Part shown: positions 49,621-62,945 of the stretch, piece by piece
Layout of the letters: each line of letters opens with the position of its first letter
Numbering within the stretch: position 1 is the stretch's first letter
NCBI RefSeq assembly: GCF_018977255.1
Contig: NW_024704742.1
Coordinates: 92,134,001 to 92,198,000, forward strand
Direction: 5' to 3'
Origin: Callorhinchus milii
Lineage: Eukaryota
Length of the DNA: 64,000 nucleotides
Translations under genes and position numbers: made by a program
The notes under the pieces: model-generated
Databases searched by the model: none
What the model was told of the DNA's origin: nothing
What the model saw: only the letters and a program-made list of their open reading frames with translations

Positions 49621-50850
49621 TATCTCTCCCTCCTCCTTCATCACGTCTGTCCTCAAACTCAAACCCACCACCTGCTCCCTCGATCCCATCCCTACCTCTC
49701 TCCTCATCTCCCAACTCCATCTTCTGGACCCACTCCTGTCCGACGTCATCAACCTCTTCTTGTCCACTGGTTCGGTTCCCACCCCCCTAAAAACAGCCGT
49801 CATCACCCCCATCTTGAAAAAACCTTCCCTGGACCCATCCTTCCTCTCCAGCTACCACCCCATCCCTAACCTCCCATTCCTCTCCAAGTTCCTGGAACGA
49901 GTCATCGCATCCCAGCTCCGCTTCTTTCTCTCTCTCCATTCCATCTTTGAACCCCTCCAATCCGGATTCCACACTGCCACAGTACGGAAACAGCCCTGGT
50001 CAAAGTCACTAATGATATTCTGAACATCTGTGATCAGGGCTCCCTCTGCATCCTTGTCCTCCTCGACCTCTCTGCCGCCTTCGACACTGTCAACCACTCC
50101 ATCCTCATACACCGCCTCTCCGCTTTACTCAATCTTTGTGGTAGCCCATCTGCAGGAGCTAAAATGTGTCCCTGCCTGGTTCGATTCCTAGCTCTCTCAC
50201 TGTCTCCACATTGGTGCCTCTAACGGTTTCTCCTCCAGCCCCCGTGCTGTCACATCTGGCGTCCCCCAGGGCTCTGTCCTTGGCCCTCTCCTCTTTAATA
50301 TCTACACGCTTCCCCCTTGGTGACATCATCCACAGACATGGGGTCAACTTCCACATGTATGTGGATGACACCCAACTCTATCTTTCTGCTTCCACCCTCA
50401 ACTCCAGCACCACTGCTGTCCTGACAGACCACCTGTCAGACATCAAGTCCTGGATGAGGGCAAATTTCCTACAGTTGAATGTGAACAAGACTGAGGCCCT
50501 CCTGATTGGCTCACGCCAGCGCCTCTGCACCTCAGGCTCTGGCAGCATCAACCTCCATGGTTGCACACTACAACTCACCAAGCCAGTCTTGTTCGACTCT
50601 CAATTGTCTTTTCTTCCACATCCAAGCCATGACCCACTCTGCCTTCCTTCACCTCAGTAACATCGCCCGACTCTGCCACTACCTCACCCTCCTCTTTGAC
50701 CATGCCATTGGCCACCCCCCTTCCCCTCCCCTCCCTTCTCCCCCGACCCCAGCTCGGGTCTGAAATGCTGTACATTGTCCAGCGCCTTGGGACGTCCTCC
50801 CGACATGAAAGGCGCATACAAATATAATCTTGTTGTTGTTATTGTTGTTG
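49621..50850 (+). mobile_element. 5'-truncated L2 LINE with TAGGC target-site duplication, nested in a DeuSINE (49535-49620 / 50851-51008, minus)
   Basis: [58 protein letters not shown] at 49616-49620 and 50851-50855. Confidence 0.93.
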
Positions 50851-51124
50851 TAGGCAGACAGGACCTCTGTTTAACATCTCATCCAAAGGACGCATCCTCC
50901 CCCAGCACTGTATTCGAATGTCAGCCTAGACTAGTCCGACATTTGGCTTAGAACCCACAACCTACAGATCCAGAGGTGAGAGGACTATCAACCGAACCAG
51001 GTTGACACATTTTAGCTCCTGCAGATGGCATTGTATTTATGCAGCTACTGAAATTATAAAGTAAGGACTTGCTCATTCGTTTCTTTCAGAATTCTAGCAT
51101 TTTATTTGATCAGCCAGGTGTCTG

Positions 51125-51278
51125 GCACACGCGTAAACCCATCATTATGCTTAAGAGTATCCAAACCAAGCTGATATTTCCATGCATCCCAACTACACAT
51201 GGAAATCCCAGAGATAGATTGTTGTAATGGAATGCGCACTCTCTCCCTGGAGGGACACATCCTGCTTACCTAATTCCG
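51125..51278 (+). repeat. Unclassified interspersed repeat, copy 2
   Basis: Aligns with 18340-18495. Confidence 0.8.
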
Positions 51279-52009
51279 GAAAATATTTGACGCAGGTTGG
51301 CAAAACCCAAGGCTTAGAATTCTAACACGTATTCCATCTGGGCAATGTGATCTGCAGATGTTTAATATGAGGGCTCATTAAGTGCTAATTTATTATATCT
51401 GCCTGATTCTACCTTGATATTTTAGATTACTAGTAAGAATGATAATAATCCTTGCATTTGAAATCAATCCTTTTGCTTCAGGGCCTTAAAACGCCTTAAA
51501 GTGCTTGACAGGATTTACTGTAAAGTGTTGTGGCTTATTTTGTAGGTTATCTCATCTCTTGGGGTGATTATCTGTTTGCTAAAATGCCAGCTAGGTCACG
51601 TAAATACTGAGAATTTGCCACAGAGGCCCACAGTGGCGACCTGCAATGAAAGGGCAGCTGAATTTCCCAGGGCTGAATGCACCCACAGTTTCCATGGTGA
51701 GTTGCTTCTATTTCAAGAATATAAAGGGTTAGCGATGGGACAAAAGGACTTGGTGATGAGAGAAGCATCACGCATGACCAAAATTTTTAGAATTTCTTTT
51801 TCCAAATGCTGCTACTGACTTAAGAGTAGCTCCAACATAGAGAAGCACTCAATTATGCTGCCCTAGAAAATCAATTGGGAAATCAAACCTCTAAAAATGT
51901 TAGGCTTGCGCGATGCTCTTGACGTTACTATAATTGTACAATGATACAATATTGTGATACATTGGATGCATGAACAGAAAATCAAAGCACCAGTAAGTAT
52001 TGAGTGTTT

Positions 52010-52415
52010 CACTCCAGCTCAGTTGGTAGCTCTGTTGCCTCTGAGTCAGAAAGTTGTGCGTTCAAGCCCCATGCCGGCAATTGGATTCGCATAATCTAAT
52101 CACTGACACTCCAATGCAGTGCTGAGGGTGTTTTACATTGTCGGAGGTGCCATCCTTCAGATGAAACATTAAACCAAGGTCCCATCTGCCTGTTCAGGTT
52201 GACGTTAAAGATCCCAGGGCACTATTTGAAAAAAGAAGGGAGTTTCTCTGTCCCAGTGTCTTGGCCAACAACTCTCTAAAATAAAATTGGTCACTCATTC
52301 CATGAGTGGGATATTGCCAATCTGCAACTGTCTGCCACGTTTTGCTCACAAAATATAGAGTCACTTTACAGTATATCCTGTGAAGTGTTTTGAGATGTCT
52401 CAACGACGTGAAAGT
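52010..52415 (+). mobile_element. DeuSINE, near full length
   Basis: GCTCAGTTGGTAGC head, complete Deu domain, tail to GACGTGAAA. Confidence 0.9.
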
Positions 52416-52596
52416 TGTTATCTCAGCTGCCAGACATCACAGTCAAAGCTGACACTCCAATGCAGTGCTGGGTTAAAGATCCCACAGGAGACCACAAACA
52501 ATCCATCAACAGGCACAGGAATAGCGGTGTTAGTCTGTCAGTGCTACCCTGTGGCATCACATTTCCTGCTAGAGGATCCAAGTGGCAACACTTAAC

Positions 52597-52708
52597 ACAA
52601 CTACAACAACAACAAATTACATTTGTGTAGCGCCTTTCACGTTGGGGCTTGAATCTACAACCTTTTGCTTCAGAGACGAGAGTGCTACCAACTGAGCTGA
52701 GCTGAAAC
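52597..52708 (-). mobile_element. Minimal chimeric SINE: DeuSINE tRNA head fused to L2 (GTT)n tail
   Basis: Minus strand: GCTCAGTTGGTAGCACTCTCG..TTCAAGCCCCAACGTGAAAGGCGCTACACAAATGTAATTTGTTGTTG. Confidence 0.7.
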
Positions 52709-53849
52709 AACAATACTTACTGGATATTTCATGCAGGATAATGTCTCAGAGCACTGGAGCACATTAGGAGAAAGGGAGCAGGAGACCATTCAGTCCATCA
52801 AGCCATTCTGCCAGTTAATTAGATTTTGGTAGATGTTTTAATCCCACTGCCTCACCTCTTCCACCATACCCCTTAATATTATCGCTGATATTACGAATTC
52901 TACCTTCTATATTCTTTTTGCCTATTCTTAAAGTACGCTTTACTTTTTTTATTCAATTGCCTTTTGTATACATTGTGGCCCTCATCACCGATTTGAGTTT
53001 GGTAAGTGGGGTGTAGAACCTACAGCAGATTAATTCTGCAGCAAATAAAAACATAATTTGAGAATAATGGCCCGTAAATGAGCACGAGACTCATAAACAG
53101 GTTTGCCAAATAATTTGAGCACTATTCTCTTGTGGTGGAAAGAAACTGCAGACAGCATTGGGCTTCTCTATGATTCACCCCACAAATAGGCCTCCGACAT
53201 TTATTGTCCATACATAAATATGAACAATAGCACTAGGTGGGTTGCATGAGAAATGCAATACAAATGCAGCACACAAGGCACAGTACACTACGCACATTGC
53301 CACCTTCAGGAAAGAAGAGGTAACAACAACAACAACAACAAAATTATATTTGTATAACGCCTTTCATGTCGGGAGGACACCCCAAGGCACTGAAATTAAG
53401 GGGAGCGTGCTGAAGATGAAAAAAAATAAAAATGCATTCCCTAAGCTCAAAATCTATCCTCAGGATCCTCTCAGTCCTGCAACAAGCAGCATTCAAAATA
53501 TACTAATAAATAGTGGCCTGCAAATGGGTATGGGGAATCATCTGACACCAAACTGTGATAGAATGGTGTGTCGCAAATAGCCTCATGAAGTTGCATTGGA
53601 CTGATGCTTAGACATAAAAAATGTGCTAACAATAATAAAATCCAGGAAATTGTATCAAATTTGTACGAATAATAATGAATAATAATGAACCCCAGGGAGA
53701 ATGTCTAGATCAATAATTTCTCAATTCCACACAGATGAGTTTTTCATGAGCAATTCAAATGTAATGCATGTCATTGTTACTCTATAGTTTGTGTTTAATG
53801 TCCTGAGTTCTAATATCAGGTTAAATCCGGTGCCAAAGAAAACGCTTAT

Positions 53850-54190
53850 GGTATATCAGTTTGGTTCGGTTGAGAGAAGGCTTGTTTCTGGATCTGAAGA
53901 TGGTGGGTTCAAGTCTCATGTTGGACTTAATCTCATAATCCAGCCTGACTGTTGTGCAATACTACAGGAGTGCTATATCGTCACAGTTACTGTCTTGTTC
54001 TTGAGGTGAAAAGTAAAGATCCCATGACACTTGGAAAAAAACAAAGGTGTTTCCTCTGATGTCTAGGTGAACAGCCGAGCAGATTGCCTGCTTGTGGGAC
54101 CATTCTCGAGCAATGCCTACTGCTTTAGTCAATACCAGGGGTGACTGCACTTGATATTTGTGAGGCGGAGTGTATTGATGTGATGAGGCT
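53850..54190 (+). mobile_element. Highly degenerate DeuSINE
   Basis: Head remnant, TAAAGATCCCATGACACT, TTGTGGGACC. Confidence 0.55.
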
Positions 54191-55635
54191 ACAAAGTTCT
54201 CGATTACAGTTTGTAGACAAGTCGAATTAAAGAATAAATTTACAGGAATTCCTTAAAGCATTCCTTGTGTTAAGACGAGGGACACGTTAAGCAATATCGC
54301 AAATTGCACCACAGAGTTCCTCTTAGTGACAGTGCTTACTGTTTGCTCTGTGAATACAGATGTGTGTATTTTCGAGATTTACTGAATTCAATAAAAATTC
54401 ATGAAAAAAGCCTGGATATGGACTGTAATCAGTTCTTGGATAAATTGTCTTGCACTAAATGACAGAGATTGGTGAAATCATAATGCGAGTCCAGAGGCCC
54501 ATACAAAGTACTCTATGCAGATAATCAGTGAGTGGAGACTGAGATTTCAATTTGAGCAGGAAAGCGAGACATTAACTGAAACCCCAATTTTTTGCTCTTG
54601 TTTCGCTGTTCTTAGCATTTCAGAGAAAGTGTAAGGAAAACGAGATGATTACTAATAGGAGGTCAGTTCAACAAATAATTGCTATGTAAATGTGTCAGAA
54701 GAAAGATGGTCGGTAAAGCAAAGCTGTTATAAAGTAAAGCAGTCCCCACCTCAAAATATACAGTCAATTCACTTTACTGTATATTCTGTGAAACACTTTG
54801 AGACATTTTGAAGACGTGACAAATGCAAGGATTATTATTGTAAATTAAAGGGTGGATCCTGCAGAGACTCTGGAACCCAAATTCTAATCAATCTGTTCGT
54901 CATGTAGCAGGAGAAGAATGTTGCTGTTTTAATGACTAGAAAACTGCCTGCAGGTACTGCAAGGCATTCTGTGCTAATGTACAATATACTGGGAGTGAAA
55001 CAGGTTTGTTTCAAGCTTAGTGCCAAGTGTATTGGTGACAGAAGTGAACAGTCTTGAGACAAAAGATTCATGAGAACAAAAGATTCCTTCGACATTTCTG
55101 TTTCATAATCTCAAATCCCTGAATCCTTTTCATTTTCAGGAACATACCTAGTGCCTTTTTCTAAACCCTTTGTAGTTCCCTGTTATATTTTGTAAAGTGC
55201 TTTTAGGCTATAAAGGTGCTATATAAATGCAAGCTCCCATTATTATTTTCCCACCACATGTGCTGCTAAGGTAGTTTCTCCTATGTGCCTATCACCCATT
55301 CACAAAACAAAACAATCTACCCTTTCCTATTAATTTTTGTTGCCCCTATAGCCCTTGTTATTCAATTCTCTACACGGCAAAATAATTATGTGTATCAAAA
55401 AAATTTATTAAGCATATTTTGAACATCTCCATCAAGTTCTTCTCAGTCTTCTCTTTTCATGAGAGAAAAAAACTGAGTGACCAATCTTTTCTCATAGCTA
55501 GAGTCATTTACGAAAGGTACAAATCAGGTAAATTGAGCAAAATGGATTGCTCCTTCAAAGGGCACAGATACGATGGGTTAACTGGCCTTCTTCGATGCTG
55601 TAAATTTGTATGGTTCTATCCCTGAAGTACAGAAA

Positions 55636-55930
55636 CAACAACTAATTGCATTTATATAGCACCCTCGTGTGGTAGCGTCTCGGAGCGCTTGACAGTGGCA
55701 GAGCTTGATACTGAGCCAGGGAGAGAGGGTTGGTGTCTGTAGCCACAGTCGAAGAGGAAGGTCTTCAGATGTGATCTTGAAGATAGACAAAGAGGGAGCA
55801 AGGTGGAGGGATTGAAGCGGAAAGTTCCAGAGTCTCGGGGCTCAGTGACTGAAACACGGCCACGATAGTGGAGTGGAGGGGACAAGGGATATTCAGGAGG
55901 CCGGAGCCAGCTAAGCGAAGGAGGCAGGTA
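55636..55930 (-). mobile_element. L2 3' end (second L2 subfamily)
   Basis: WN.LP-type end, FKxHLKTFLFD (ORF track HLKTFLFD), tail GGTGCTATATAAATGCAA..GTTGTT. Confidence 0.7.
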
Positions 55931-57127
55931 CTGGAATATCTAGTTACAATAATAGCGCAATCCTTTGAAGCACTTTGAGATGTCCTCCTGATGTGAGAGG
56001 CAAATGCATGGATTATTGTATTATTATTAGTATTTTTTTTATTATTGTCACCACTGCATAATTTTAATGGTATCCCAAAACTAAATAGTAGATATTGCAC
56101 TGGCTGTTTATTTTTTTCTTCCGCAGAAGCTGCATAATTGACTGGCACCAGGAGTATAAGTTTTGTTTCTGCATAGATTAAATATAAAGCACTTCTAATG
56201 ATCCAGAAGAGTGTTGGTTGTATTATATTCACATCGCAATGTGTAGGACACTGTAAACTGAGATTTAGACTGACAATTTTAGAATTAAATATTGAAAGTA
56301 TGTGGTGTAGAAGAGAATTCAACTGCTGTAAAATTTGTCAACCGTTAGTAAATGAAAAACTTGATAGGCAGAAACAAGTAATAATTTCCTGCTTCATAAC
56401 AAACTATTTTAATTGTTGTGAAATATCAGTGGCATAGACTGTGACATTTGTAATAGTGCCATTCCTGTAATAAACTGATTCATTTTTACACCAACGTTTG
56501 TTCATTTCTGGGTTTTGATGGAGGGCAATGTGTTATTTAAATGTGAAAGCCAGAGAATATTCACTGAACTACTAAAAAAAAGATGGTGTGACCCAGAAAG
56601 TAACGACAGGAGGCTAAATAAAGTTATTTCTAAGTACCTGCAAAGTGGAAGGGCAACAAGCCAGAGGCCTAGCATCAGAAGAAGGCAATTACACATTAAT
56701 ACGCATCTGGAAGGTCTCCAGTGGACTGGAAGGTTTCTTCAGGCTAATAATTTTGACATCTACACAACCACTGAAACAGTGTAGTCATATTAAAATACCA
56801 GAGGCCTGAAATCTGCCATAACCTTATGAACGTTTACATAAAATTACGCAGATTGTACAGCACAAAGACAGGTCATTCAGTCTACCTGGTCTGTGCCAGT
56901 GCTTATACTCTGCATCAGGTTCCTACCCTCGTAATCCCCATCTCTAACCCCCGCCACCCCCACCCCCCACCTTCCCATATCACTTTGTTCCCTTAAGATT
57001 ATGCAGAAATTCGGAAAACAGCCTTAAATTCGTCAGTTTTAAAGCCAATTCTCCAGTACTACAGAAAAACAGCTTCCAATTCTTTTCCAAAATGTTGCTT
57101 ACTCTTACCTTTTCTACATGTTGATCT

Positions 57128-57326
57128 TAAAAACAAAACAAAAAAAAATAATAAATTGGTCATTTTCAATCTACAACTGTTTGTGGGACATTGCTGTGCG
57201 CAATTGGCTGCCGCGTTCGCCCACAAATATACAGTCAATTCACTTTACACTATATTCTGTGAAGCGCTTTGGGACGTCTAGAAGACGTGAAAAGCGCTAT
57301 ATCAAATGCAAGGATTATTATTATTA
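57128..57326 (+). mobile_element. 5'-truncated tRNA-Ala-like SINE
   Basis: Nearly identical to 17985-18165. Confidence 0.92.
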
Positions 57327-57674
57327 AGCCATGAGGAAATTCAGGTACCAAAGGGATGTATGAACCTAATCAGAAACTGAACAAGGCAACAACTGGTTAA
57401 GCCAGCTACAGGGCATAATGTTAAAGAGTAGAAAAATAATTTGCAACACTAAATCATCAGAGATCGCATTTCAGATTGTCTCGGAAAATATTCTGGTTGC
57501 CTAAGTGATCATCTGCACAGAAATCTGAACACTGTGTTGCACGTGACCAGTAAAATAAAGCCATTCTTAGATATGTGTACAATTATAGATATCCTCTATG
57601 CATGTAATATAAATTAGCTCACTTCTGTTCAGTCTCAAAATCTTATAGAACGGATATAGATATCTGTATTATTA

Positions 57675-57808
57675 CCTCTGACAATGGAGCACATACCTCA
57701 ACATTGCATTGGAATATCAGTCAAGACTGAGAGCTCAAAGTCCTAAAATGAACCTACAATCTTCTGACTTTGAGGCATGGTTGCTACCAACTGAGCCAGG
57801 CTGACACA
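57675..57808 (-). mobile_element. DeuSINE 5' half
   Basis: CCTCTGACAAT..GCTACCAACTGAGCCAGGCTGACAC. Confidence 0.7.
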
Positions 57809-58433
57809 GTTAATAACCATGGTCCATTTTGTGTATCCTGGCAGATCCATATATTTTCTCCAGGTCTCTGTAACTGAAGATATGCTTCATCACCTCAGAT
57901 AAATACATATTAGAACTCAGCTAATGCAAGTTTTACCTGTGCGCAGATACTCTACCCATTATTATGGATGGATGTACCAGCTGAAATTCCACAGGACAAT
58001 AAATATTTTGTCTAGATACAGTAGAATGGTTGAAAGTACTAACAAAGCACTCTGATGCAAAAGAGCAGATAGCTGAACATGGTATGGGAAATCTCACTGC
58101 AAATGCACATGGGTAAATTTCATTGACCAGCAGTAAAGAGAGTAGGATGGGCTCCCTGCAAGATTGGAACATTCTCCAAAGCACACCTTTTGTGTCCATG
58201 TCAAATTACTGTGTCAAATAAGATTGTGAACATTTTTATGAATTCTTGTTCAGGATTATATCAACGTACATTCCTGTCTTCAACTCCTCCAGAAATATAG
58301 TTTTTTAGAATGATGGGAAATCTTTATGAGGGACAATGTGAATAGATTAGTAGATTTTAGATTGAATTGAAAGAAATCCATTTATTGTATTAATTTCGCC
58401 TCAGCAACGACTAATGTAACATTGAAATGGGTA

Positions 58434-60650
58434 ACAACAACAGCTACAAAATTACATTTATAGAGCGCCTTTCACAACGGGAGGACATCCCAAGGCGCTG
58501 GACAATCAGGGGTCAGGATCCGAGCAGGGGGGAGGGGTGGGGTAGGGGTGAGAGAAGGCAGAGAGGTGGGAGGGCGACCGATGGCACGATCGAAGAGGAG
58601 GGCCTTGAGACCAGCTTTGAAGGAGGCAAGGGAGGAAGCGAGGAGAAGGGACTGTGGGATGGAGTTCCAGAGTGTGGAGGGCAGAAAGGCTGAAAGACCG
58701 GCCACCGATGCTAGGGTGGTTCAGGCAGGAGACATGGAGAAGGCCGGAGCCCGCTGAACGGAGAGAACGGGCAGGTTGTTAGGGAGTCAGCAGGTCAGAG
58801 AGGTAGGAGGGGGCAAGGCCATGGATGGTCTTGAAAGTGAAGACGAGGATCTTGAATTCAATCCTCTGGGGGACGGGGAGCCAGTGGAGTCGGGCGAGGG
58901 TGGGAGTGATGGGGTCGCAGAGCTTGATGAGCGAGAGTCCATGAGTTGCAGAGTTTTGGATGATCTGCAGCTTGTGAGGGGAAGAGTTGGGAAGGCCGAT
59001 GAGGAGGAAATTTCCCTAATCGAGCCACGATGCGTGGGTAAGGGCTTTGGCAGCCTGAGGGGTAAGGCAGTGGCGGAGTCTGGCAATGTTGCAGAGGTGA
59101 TGGTAGGCAGTGCCGGTCATGACGCGGATGTGGGGGAGAAAGGACAATTCAGGGCCAAACAAGATAGCCAGGTTCCTGACTGGCTTAGTGAGGTTGAGTG
59201 TGCAGCTGTGGAAGCTGATGCTGCCAGCGCCTGAGATGCAGAGACACTGGTGCAAGCCCATCAGGAGGGCCTCGTTCTTGCTGACGTTCAGCTGGACAAA
59301 GTTGTCCCTCGTCCAGGACTTGATGTCGGACAGGTAGTCGGTCAGGACGCCAAAGAGACGTCAAGGAGAACGAGGAGACAGAGGGAGCCCTGGTCACATA
59401 TGGTCAGGATGTCATTTGTGATCTTGACCAGAGCAGTTTCTGTACTCTGGGCAGCATGAAAACCCGATTGGAGGGGTTCATGGAGGGAGTGGGAGGAAAG
59501 GAAGGAGCGAATGCTGGGAGGTGACGGCTTTCTCAAGGACGTTGGACAGAAAAGGGAGGGTGGAGATGGGCCAGTAGCTGGATAGCTGTGATGGGTCAAG
59601 GTAAGATTTTTTCAAGGTGGGGGTGATAGTGGCTGTTTTGAGGGAGGTAGGAACAGTGCCAGATGACAGGGAGAGGTTGATGATGTCGGCAAGTAGTGGG
59701 GCAAGGAGGTGGAACTGGGATTTAAGAAGAGGGGTGGGGATGGGATCCAGGGAGCAGGTGGTGGGTTTCATGGAGATAAGGTGGTGATGATAGACGAGGC
59801 GGTGACGGGTTCAAAGGTGTGGAAGGAGGGATGGGTGGTGGTCGAAGTGTGGGGTGAGGGTAGTGAGGGGGTGGAAGATGAGAGGGCAGTGGCAGCTGAG
59901 CAGATTCCCTCGATTTTGGACTTGAGGAAGTCCAGCACTTCCTTGCAGTGAGAGTTAGAGGAAAGCATCTGCAAGGCGTGGCAGGGAGTGTGGAGGAGCC
60001 GGTTGGTGGGGAGAACAGGAGCCTGGGGTTGCCCTTCGTCTCCAGGATTAACCTGGTATAGAAGGACGATTTGGCTGAGGTGAGTGGAGCGGTAGGTTTT
60101 GATGTGGTCCAGCCAAATGTGCCGTTGGACCGTTAGGCTGGATTTTAAGCCAAGTGCATTCAGCAGCCCGCACCTGGACCTTCAGCGAGCAGAGGTGGCT
60201 GGTGAACTAGGTTGAGGATCGGGAATAGGAGGCAGTTCGGGACGTGGGGGGGCAAAGGCGTCGAGTTTGCTGGAGAGACTGCTATGGAGGAGAATAAATG
60301 CAGAGGATGGGTTGGTGAGGAAGGTGGGTCAGAGGGGTAGGAGTTCTGAGGACTCCAGGTCAGTGGAGAGGGTTTGCGGGGAGATCTTCTTCCACGGGCG
60401 GTAGGAGATGGCGGTAGGTTTGGAGGCAGTGGGGAGAGGGATATAGGAGTTGAGGGAGATGAAATTGTGGTCAGAGATGGCCTTGTCGGTGAGGCCCCAG
60501 GTGATCACCAGGTCGAGCAGGTGGCCTTGAACGTGGGTAGCAGAGTGGATGTCGAGGGAGAGGTTGAGAGAGGAAAGAAGAGAGGAGAAGTCTGAGGAGG
60601 TGGAGCAAGAGGGGCTGAAGTGGAGATTGAAGTCACCTAGGATAATGAGA
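58434..60650 (-). mobile_element. 5'-truncated, internally deleted L2 LINE
   Basis: [53 protein letters not shown] region deleted near 59350; tail at 58434. Confidence 0.95.
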
Positions 60651-62006
60651 TTCTAGGGTAAATAATGTCTGTTTCTTTTCTCATTTTCACCCCAACTTTT
60701 CTAATCACTCGAATGAGATTATCTTCTGTGAACTTTGGGTCCTGGAACATTCATATCTTAATCAGGTATTGAAGTCACTGACATATTGTCCTTCCACTGG
60801 GAACTATTCTCCCTGCTCACTGCTCTCGGTCAGATGGGTCAGCTCCAGATTCTCATATTGTGTACCAAGCTGGGGGGACAACTCAAAGCATGAAGTTTTT
60901 TCTTCACCTAATGATGATTAGGTGGCATCATTTAGGAAACAGTTCGATGCCATAATGGGAGGACGGTAGAGTGGAACATTCTGAAGGAGGAAAGCGAGTT
61001 GGCTGAAGGGCCTTCTTCATCCAAACCTCTCTTACAATCTCTTAACAGCTAGCGACAATGGTTGTGATGGGGGGTTTCCAAAATACCACAGCTATTATTT
61101 TATGCTCGAGAACCTCACTTGAAATGTGGTCTCTGCAGGAGTAGACTTCGCCCCACTTCTCCACTGCAAATTTCTATGATTCTATGATTATGATTCTACG
61201 ATCAGAGAATTAATCTCAAGTGTCACCCATGAAGAACAGAGACCAGAATGAGGCACTGGAGAGCTGCTCGCAGCCTTGTTCCGCTATCTTGGTTTTAGTC
61301 ACTACCTACAGAAAAGGAGGGAAAAGAAATGAAACGGTAGAAGTAAGGTGAAAAGAAAACCTTCCAGATGTTAAATATCAAAGCAATGAAACTGTGTTCC
61401 TTTAACTATATGAATTTGCCGGTTTTCTCCAAGCATGTAAGATGTGATATAACAGAGCTGCTTGGTTTAGAAAGCTTGTAGAACAGATGACCTAGACATA
61501 CTGTCAAAGCTGACTGCTACTTCGAGCTTATAATACCTTGCAAAAGTGTGCAGGGACAAAGGAGATGTCGCTTGACAGGCATGATGGATGATATCAAATT
61601 CAACTCTCAACCATTTACCTAGGGATACATTTTGATTGGCTTCACGTTGCCACCTGATCTGGATGAAACAGGCTGTTGCCTGGATTGTCTTAGATTTAAT
61701 TATTTTCAGACAGAACCAAAAATCATTGTTGATATTTTGTTGTGCAATTTTTCTCTCTCTCTTCTTTTTTCAATCAGGACTTTGAACAAAGGAATAGAAA
61801 TCAGAAGCTTGATCTGCCTGGGGAAAAAATCTATATATAAACAGCAGGGTTTGGCCCTACTGTTCTATTAAAGATTACCAGATAGCATTTGCACATGACT
61901 AACTTTGCTATATTAATCTACTGGTGAACACCAGTGCCATTATTTGAATACTTGATATCGAACAAGTGTGAGTGGAAGATAAATCAGAGAGCCCGACATT
62001 TCTTGT

Positions 62007-62224
62007 GTGGAGTCCTGTAGCTCAGTGGTTAGAGCACTCGCTTTGCAAGTGAGAGACCTGAGTTCAATTCCAGGCACAGGGCGAAACCTTGGGCAAGTTT
62101 CCTTACTCCACACAGAGCCTAATAATAATCCCTCCAAAACCAAAACAATAATAAATTGGTCATTTTCAATCTACGACTGTTTGTGGGACATTGCTGTGCG
62201 CAATTGGCTGGCGCGTTCGCCCAC
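62007..62224 (+). mobile_element. 3'-truncated tRNA-Ala-like SINE
   Basis: Nearly identical to 17847-18065, stops at GCGTTCGCCCAC. Confidence 0.92.
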
Positions 62225-62619
62225 TAGACTCTCTTTCATGTCTTACCCAATGGATTAACTGAGATTGCAAAATTTATCCAATGCCTGGTGAATCAGTAAC
62301 TCTGTTATTATGTAGACAATTTATTTTGATTGTATTGAGACATTTTAGCACCTTACTTCAGTTTTGTTCGCCAGTGTTGATGTGAAAGACGTTATATAAA
62401 TTTAATTTGCAGTTTGTTGTTTTTATACTGCCAATAATGTTATCCCATTTAAAAATATGTTTATTATGTTTTTCAGAAAGTTATAAATTGATAAATTCTT
62501 ACAATTGGATACAAAGTCCGTGCTCTTAGGACTACCCTGTTTCAAATAGCAAAAGGAGCTGTTAAAAAGCTATTTGATCTGGAATATCCAGTGTTGCACA
62601 ACTGGAGTTCATCACAATC

Positions 62620-62945
62620 TAGAATGACACTCAATGTAATGGGGGTAGGGGGTGGTGCTGTATTGTCAGAGATGAGATGGGTTGTCCTTCAGCTGAGATG
62701 CTAAACTGAGGTCCCATCTGCCCATTCAGGTGCACATTAAAGATCCCTCAATAATAATAATCATTGCATTTCATATTGCACCTTTCAGTCAGGAGGACAT
62801 CTCAAAGCGCTTCACCAATATACTTTAAAGTGGAGTGACTGTGTTATATGGATGAATACGGCAGCCACTTTGCAAACAGCAATGCCCCACAAACAGTCAT
62901 GAAGCGAATGGACAATTTTATTTGGGGGATTGTTGGTCAGGACAC
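62620..62945. mobile_element. Tail-to-tail DeuSINE fragments (62620-62747 +; 62750-62945 -)
   Basis: Deu domain on + strand abutting (AAT)n tail and Deu 3' part on minus strand. Confidence 0.75.
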
